Of a stretch of 42,555 nt of DNA, positions 37,495 through 42,555 are shown in pieces. Source of the DNA: Promethearchaeota archaeon (GTDB lineage Archaea > Asgardarchaeota > Lokiarchaeia > Sigyniarchaeales > SOKP01); the NCBI GenBank assembly GCA_019058245.1, contig JAHPZJ010000002.1:1-42555 (forward strand). The letters run 5' to 3'. Positions within the stretch are counted from its first letter, which is position 1. Every line of letters starts with the position of its first letter. The position numbers and the translations under genes were made by a program. The notes beneath the pieces were generated by a model. It did no database searches. It saw nothing but the letters and a program-made list of their open reading frames with translations, and had not been told where the DNA came from.

Positions 37495-39426
37495 ATGGAC
37501 TCCCAAGGTCATAATATCCAATATCCTTCTAAAGAAATAATAAAACCTATTTTTGGTAAGCCTAACTACGAATTTATTTTACTTTGGATTTTAAATAATA
37601 ATGAATTTTGCACCTGGGGAGACTTAAAAGAAAAAATAAAGCATTCAACATTATCTATCTACCTAAAAAGACTTAAAGAAAGAGGATATATCAAAAAAAG
37701 CGAGTTTAATAGGTATATTATTACCTCAAAAGGTAAAGATAGGTATTATGAACTATCTGAAGCGAGGGAAAAAAAGCGAAAATTAAGTTACCCTCCCATG
37801 GCTATACGTAGGAGGAGAAATTATTATCATTGGATATTATGGATGGTGTATAATAATAATTATTGCATATGGTCAGATTTTCTTGAGCGTCCTCTAGCTA
37901 TCAATCAGTCTTCTTTATCTAAAAGCTTGAATTCATTAATTGATAATGGATTCATGAAGAAAGAAGAAAAGGAATATCGAATTACAGCACTAGGGAAATC
38001 TGAATATTCCAATATGCTAAGACTATATGATTTAGATAGACAATCTCTTTTGGAAGAGGAAGGAAAACGGATTAAAGATATTACTAAACGAACTATTAAC
38101 TTCTTTAAAAAATATAGAATAAAAGATGAAGATATTAGATTTAGATTTCTAAATAATAAGTTGAAATTACCATATGAAAAGGTTAAATCTACTTTAGATG
38201 ATGAAGAAGATTATGATAAAGTTTTGCTTTATTTCTCCATAAATCATCCAGATCAATTTCCCAAATATATTTCTCCAGAGGATTTTTCTAAAAAATACGA
38301 TATTATACTTGCTAAATTGAATTTTATGATTCTTCGGATTGTTGAAGAAAATATCTTTCCGATAAAATTTTTTAAATTAGAAGTAGATGATAATAAATAT
38401 TATTATTTGCAAGCAAATGAAAAATTGGTAAGGATACTTAATGCGATAGTAGAAGAACATATAACTAAATTTTCCTATTTAAATAATTTATATGAAGAAA
38501 CTCCCGATGAAACATCACCATTAACAATGGAAAGTACTGTCACCTCAATTTTGGATGAAATCTGTGATACACTTTTTGATAATGGGCTAAGAGGATCACT
38601 AAAAAACTTTCTCCCAATCTATATTAATTATTTAGCTTATATAATTGAGAAAGAAAGAAAGCTAGTAGGTACAACTGATAAATTAGAAGGGTTGATTTGG
38701 CATGAGGTTCAAATAAAATTCACTGAACTTATTAATGTCAGTTATCCTTTAGAAGCGAAGGAAGTAAATAGAACCATTCAAGAAATTGATAAGGCAATTG
38801 AAGTAAATCCAAACAATCCTGATCTTTATTATTCGAAAAGTAAAATTATTATAGATTTTGGAGAATACGACGAGGTTCTATATATTTTAGATAGTATGCT
38901 TACTACTTTTCCAGAGGAAGAGAGAAATATTCAAATAAAAAGAGCATATATTCTAAAAGAGATGAAAGATATTGAAGCGGGCTTGGATATAATCGAAGAT
39001 TTAATCCAAAAATATCCTGAAGACAAGGATCTTTTAAATTATAAAGCTATTTGGTTACAATATCTTAATCGTGAAGATGAATCTTTAGTGGTGATTCAAA
39101 AACTTATAAAAATTGACCCTAATAATGCAACTTATCATGACACATATGGTGAAATTCTTATGTTCTTTGGAAAACATGAACAAGCTGTTAATGAATTCTT
39201 GAAAACACTTGAAATAAATAGTGATAATTGGTATGTGTATCAAACTTATATTAAATTAGGGATTTGTTATAAGGAATTAGAGTCTTTTAACTTAGCAATT
39301 GAATATCTCCAAAAAGGAATAGAATCGATAGAAGAATCGACAGCTGATCAAGAGACAAAAACCAAATGGATAACAATGGCGAATTTATTTATTTCTGAAA
39401 TTGAACAATTACAAGCTGAATTCTAA
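37495..39426 (+). CDS. Tandem winged-helix plus C-terminal TPR protein (putative transcription regulator)
   Basis: Two homologous units NYxxxxLWxxxNNxxCxWxD...STLS/SSLS...YxITxxGKxxY; TPR motifs AIEVNPNN, IDPNNATYH and LGICY. Confidence 0.8.
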   Translation: MDSQGHNIQYPSKEIIKPIFGKPNYEFILLWILNNNEFCTWGDLKEKIKHSTLSIYLKRLKERGYIKKSEFNRYIITSKGKDRYYELSEAREKKRKLSYPPMAIRRRRNYYHWILWMVYNNNYCIWSDFLERPLAINQSSLSKSLNSLIDNGFMKKEEKEYRITALGKSEYSNMLRLYDLDRQSLLEEEGKRIKDITKRTINFFKKYRIKDEDIRFRFLNNKLKLPYEKVKSTLDDEEDYDKVLLYFSINHPDQFPKYISPEDFSKKYDIILAKLNFMILRIVEENIFPIKFFKLEVDDNKYYYLQANEKLVRILNAIVEEHITKFSYLNNLYEETPDETSPLTMESTVTSILDEICDTLFDNGLRGSLKNFLPIYINYLAYIIEKERKLVGTTDKLEGLIWHEVQIKFTELINVSYPLEAKEVNRTIQEIDKAIEVNPNNPDLYYSKSKIIIDFGEYDEVLYILDSMLTTFPEEERNIQIKRAYILKEMKDIEAGLDIIEDLIQKYPEDKDLLNYKAIWLQYLNREDESLVVIQKLIKIDPNNATYHDTYGEILMFFGKHEQAVNEFLKTLEINSDNWYVYQTYIKLGICYKELESFNLAIEYLQKGIESIEESTADQETKTKWITMANLFISEIEQLQAEF

Positions 39427-39450
39427 AAATCTAAAAAAGAAGAAAAAAAA

Positions 39451-41241
39451 TTAATTATTTTCTACTAATTTTTCCAATTCATCAATCTTATCCGAGAGAT
39501 ATTTGATTCCTTTTTCCCAAAAGGTAGGGTCATTTAAATTAATATCAATTTCAGCCAGCATCTCCTCAGGAGAAAGCGAACTCCCTAATGAAAGCAATTT
39601 TAAATATTTTGGAATGAATTCCTCCTTTTGTTCGAGATACATTTGATATAGTGAAATTACTAAGAGATTTGACATGTTGTAGGCATACACATAAAATGGG
39701 GTGGTTAAGAAATGAGGAATAACAAAGATATAGTGTGCATAATCTTCTCGGATATTAGTTATAGAATTACCGAACATTAATTCCATTTCAGTTGCAAAGG
39801 TATTTTTAATTTCTTCTGTGGTGGGTAATTTTTTTTCCAATAAACCATGGATGGCTATTTCAAACCTATAAAAAGCATTTTGTCTATGTGAAGTTGCGAA
39901 CTTTGATTCAATAAAATTACATAATAATGAAATTTTCTCTTCCTTTGTTAAATCAGTATTTATTAAGTAATCAGATATTAAGATTTCATTGAATACAGAA
40001 GCAATTTCTGCGATTACAAGTGAAGTTTCTATATTTATGAAATTTTGTTCTTGTTGGATATAATATGCATGAAAGGCATGACCGAGTTCATGAGCTAAAG
40101 TTCGCACTGAATCTATGGTATCAACAAAATTGATGAACACAAATCCATATTTCTTTTGTTTTCCATGTGCACAAAAAGCACCTCTATTTTTTCCTTTTCT
40201 TGGAGTAGCATCAATATGATCTGTATTAATCATTTTTTCTATAACATCTTTAAATTCTGGAAAAAACTTTTCATCTGCATCTTTTATTAGGTTTAATGCT
40301 TCTGGGTATGAATATTTTCTTGTTATTTGCCCAATTGGTGCATATAAATCTGACATATGTAGTTCAGGAAGGTTTAGGAGTTTTTTTTTTATATTATAAT
40401 ATTTTTCAACTATATGATAACTCTGTGTAGTAACTATTCCACATACTTCGACGCTTTCATCAGTTACTTCATTTTCTAAGTTTCTTCTTGATATAGGTTT
40501 TTTGAAATTCCTTTTTGCACATTCTAAATCCCAATCCCTTAAGATATTGTTATAAATATGGGTAAAAATCATCTCATTTTTCTTATATTTAACCATCATT
40601 TTTTGCAAAGCTTTATGTCGAAGAAGTATATTTTCTTGAAACATAAACGAAAAAAGCTCTGCTTCGGTCAGTTTTTTCATTTCGCTGTCTACTTCAAAAT
40701 CATATGTAAAATTGCTTTTAAATTCACTATATAGTTTAAGAAAAGCTTTTTTACCTGTTAAATCTTTCATTAGGATAATTTGTTCTTCCTCTTCTGTAAG
40801 TTGATGCATTTTTTTCATTCTATTGAATTTGAGATGATGAATATACCTTTTTAATTCTGGAGATTTTATCAATTCATTAAATTTACCATCAGAGATCTTG
40901 TTTAATTCCAAATTAAAAAATAAGAGCTTTTGTTGAATTTTAACCTTAAATTCATCAATTTTTGCATAGAAAGTTTTTATTTCATCATCAAGGTTATTTA
41001 TACTTAATAATAATTCTGCATATAATTCAAGATAAAATGTTTTTTCAAACACCTTCTCATAGTCTTGAAACCAATCTATAAGTCGGTTTGATGTAAGCAA
41101 AGGATCCTCTAACTTACCCTTAATATTTTGATGAAAATCTTCGGCTATTCTCTCTATATTTTGGATATCTGTTTCAATTAATGGATCATTAATATCTTCA
41201 TAGAAATCACTTAAATCCCATTTAATGATTTCTTGCGTCAT
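39451..41241 (-). CDS. pepF: Oligoendopeptidase F (M3B peptidase)
   Basis: WDLSD, KGKNRGAFC, TLAHELGHAFH, AEIASVFNE and HF..PFYVYAY motifs. Confidence 0.93.
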   Translation of the reverse strand: MTQEIIKWDLSDFYEDINDPLIETDIQNIERIAEDFHQNIKGKLEDPLLTSNRLIDWFQDYEKVFEKTFYLELYAELLLSINNLDDEIKTFYAKIDEFKVKIQQKLLFFNLELNKISDGKFNELIKSPELKRYIHHLKFNRMKKMHQLTEEEEQIILMKDLTGKKAFLKLYSEFKSNFTYDFEVDSEMKKLTEAELFSFMFQENILLRHKALQKMMVKYKKNEMIFTHIYNNILRDWDLECAKRNFKKPISRRNLENEVTDESVEVCGIVTTQSYHIVEKYYNIKKKLLNLPELHMSDLYAPIGQITRKYSYPEALNLIKDADEKFFPEFKDVIEKMINTDHIDATPRKGKNRGAFCAHGKQKKYGFVFINFVDTIDSVRTLAHELGHAFHAYYIQQEQNFINIETSLVIAEIASVFNEILISDYLINTDLTKEEKISLLCNFIESKFATSHRQNAFYRFEIAIHGLLEKKLPTTEEIKNTFATEMELMFGNSITNIREDYAHYIFVIPHFLTTPFYVYAYNMSNLLVISLYQMYLEQKEEFIPKYLKLLSLGSSLSPEEMLAEIDINLNDPTFWEKGIKYLSDKIDELEKLVENN

Positions 41242-41377
41242 ATTGCAGAAAGTTTACTATAAATATTTGAAGTTTACTAAGATTAAATTTTAGTTTTTAA
41301 ATTTCGCGATTTTATTATATTATAACTGATATTATATCTTTAAAATACAAATAAAATCTTTCCTAATAGTATAAAAA

Positions 41378-41854
41378 ATGAATAAAAGTAAAATTCCTTG
41401 TAATTTTCAAAAAGATAATCCAATCGAAAAATATACTGAAGTAAGACCGAGTATTATTCACGGATTCGGTTTATTTGCTAAGAGATTCATACCGAAAGGT
41501 ACGATATGGTGGAATGCACGACCACATGATATACTAATTATATCAAAAAAACAATTTTTAATCTTTGATTCATCTCAAAAAACAAAACAAAAGAAAGAAT
41601 TTATGCATTTTCTACTAACATATTCCTATTACGAAAGGGATACTGATTCACTGATTTTTTGTTTAGACAATTCAAGATTCGTAAATCATTCATTTAATGC
41701 GAATTCTGGCGCAATTGGAGATAATAATGGTTTTTGTTCAATTTCTCTAAGAGATATTCAACAAGGCGAAGAAATTACAGAAGATTATTCTAAATATGAT
41801 CTATGTTCTTGGCTCAAAAAATATAAAGAATATTTTGATCCTAGTTGTTGGTAA
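41378..41854 (+). CDS. SET-domain protein (putative lysine methyltransferase)
   Basis: SIIHGFGLFA, RFVNHS and RDIQQGEEITEDY motifs. Confidence 0.9.
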   Translation: MNKSKIPCNFQKDNPIEKYTEVRPSIIHGFGLFAKRFIPKGTIWWNARPHDILIISKKQFLIFDSSQKTKQKKEFMHFLLTYSYYERDTDSLIFCLDNSRFVNHSFNANSGAIGDNNGFCSISLRDIQQGEEITEDYSKYDLCSWLKKYKEYFDPSCW

Positions 41855-41864
41855 GGATATTTTT

Positions 41865-41936
41865 TAATAAATCAGCCTTATTTGCAAATAAAATGACAGG
41901 AATGCTACTACAATACTTCTTTAATTTCTTAAGTAA
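41865..41936 (-). pseudogene. Relic of a small GTPase gene (beta5-G4 region)
   Basis: Translates to LLKKLKKYCSSIPVILFANKADLL, compared with IIQFCGNIPVFLFANKVDLV in 36321-36881; in-frame stop immediately upstream. Confidence 0.7.
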
Positions 41937-42113
41937 TTAATTCATTTTTAATAAATTTAATTTCTTTGTATAACTTAAAACTTTTAATATTAATACAATT
42001 TAATCTTTTTCAAATTCCTATTTACTTTTATAATTATAGACAAATTTATATAAACAATTTTCTTTATTTTCTATTAGGTAGAATAAGTTATTATAAAGAA
42101 TCTTAGAAAAAGT

Positions 42114-42344
42114 ATGTCGAAAATCACTAAATGGATTTGTTTAATTGTTATTTTAATCTATTTTAATGCTTTTTGGATTGTTGATATGGTGAATTCTTTT
42201 GGTAGTGGAATAATTCCTTGGAGTTCGATAATCTTTATTGTAATCCAAATCCCCTTATTATTAATTTATCATTATGGTACAAAGGATTATTTTACTAAGA
42301 AATGGGAAAAAAAAAAACCCAAATCCCGATTTGTGGACCTTTAA
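42114..42344 (+). CDS. Small 2-TM hypothetical protein
   Basis: Two hydrophobic segments and a basic tail. Confidence 0.45.
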   Translation: MSKITKWICLIVILIYFNAFWIVDMVNSFGSGIIPWSSIIFIVIQIPLLLIYHYGTKDYFTKKWEKKKPKSRFVDL

Positions 42345-42499
42345 TTAGAGGTGGTCCTTCTGAACTCGTTAGAGAATTTAAATTTGACCACACAAAAGAA
42401 TATGTTGATGAATGTCATCTTTGCTATCTTGCTAGATTGAATTAATGTGAAAAATTTCCAAATTTACTTTGTCCTACCCAAGTATATGGATTAGATTAA
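42326..42499 (+). pseudogene. C-terminal relic of a probable radical SAM gene with an internal stop
   Basis: PICGPLIRGGPSELVREFKFDHTKEYVDECHLCYLARLN*CEKFPNLLCPTQVYGLD*; family assignment is from recalled motif resemblance only. Confidence 0.55.
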
Positions 42500-42555
42500 T
42501 TTTGTTAGTTTTAGGATAAATGAGAAAGTCAATATCTTCAAAAGATTTGAAAATG

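Overview
A very AT-rich archaeal chromosomal window. Its gene content points to an Asgard archaeon, most likely Lokiarchaeia (inference): two Rab-like small GTPases, an HdrA-MvhD fusion, a multi-PAS histidine kinase, a TrmB-like regulator and a Loki-CTERM-like surface protein. Metabolically it looks like a peptide/amino-acid fermentation region. It carries two 2-oxoacid:ferredoxin oxidoreductase operons, an ADP-forming acyl-CoA synthetase alpha subunit, a 4-hydroxybutyryl-CoA dehydratase, three peptidases and a racemase. No rRNA, tRNA, CRISPR array or transposase was seen. The main observations are: (1) a circularly permuted PorB whose thiamine-diphosphate motif is split between the C- and N-termini; (2) a candidate tandem-longin protein plus a helical partner transcribed divergently from a Rab-like GTPase-TrmB gene pair; (3) two small-protein genes (one missing from the ORF track, one truncated there) sharing a duplicated 96-bp upstream element, one interrupted at an A7 slippery site, near a double-wHTH/TPR regulator whose upstream region carries the same ACTCT half-site; (4) a 30-bp-period candidate operator array; (5) unannotated gene relics of a small GTPase and a radical SAM C-terminus.
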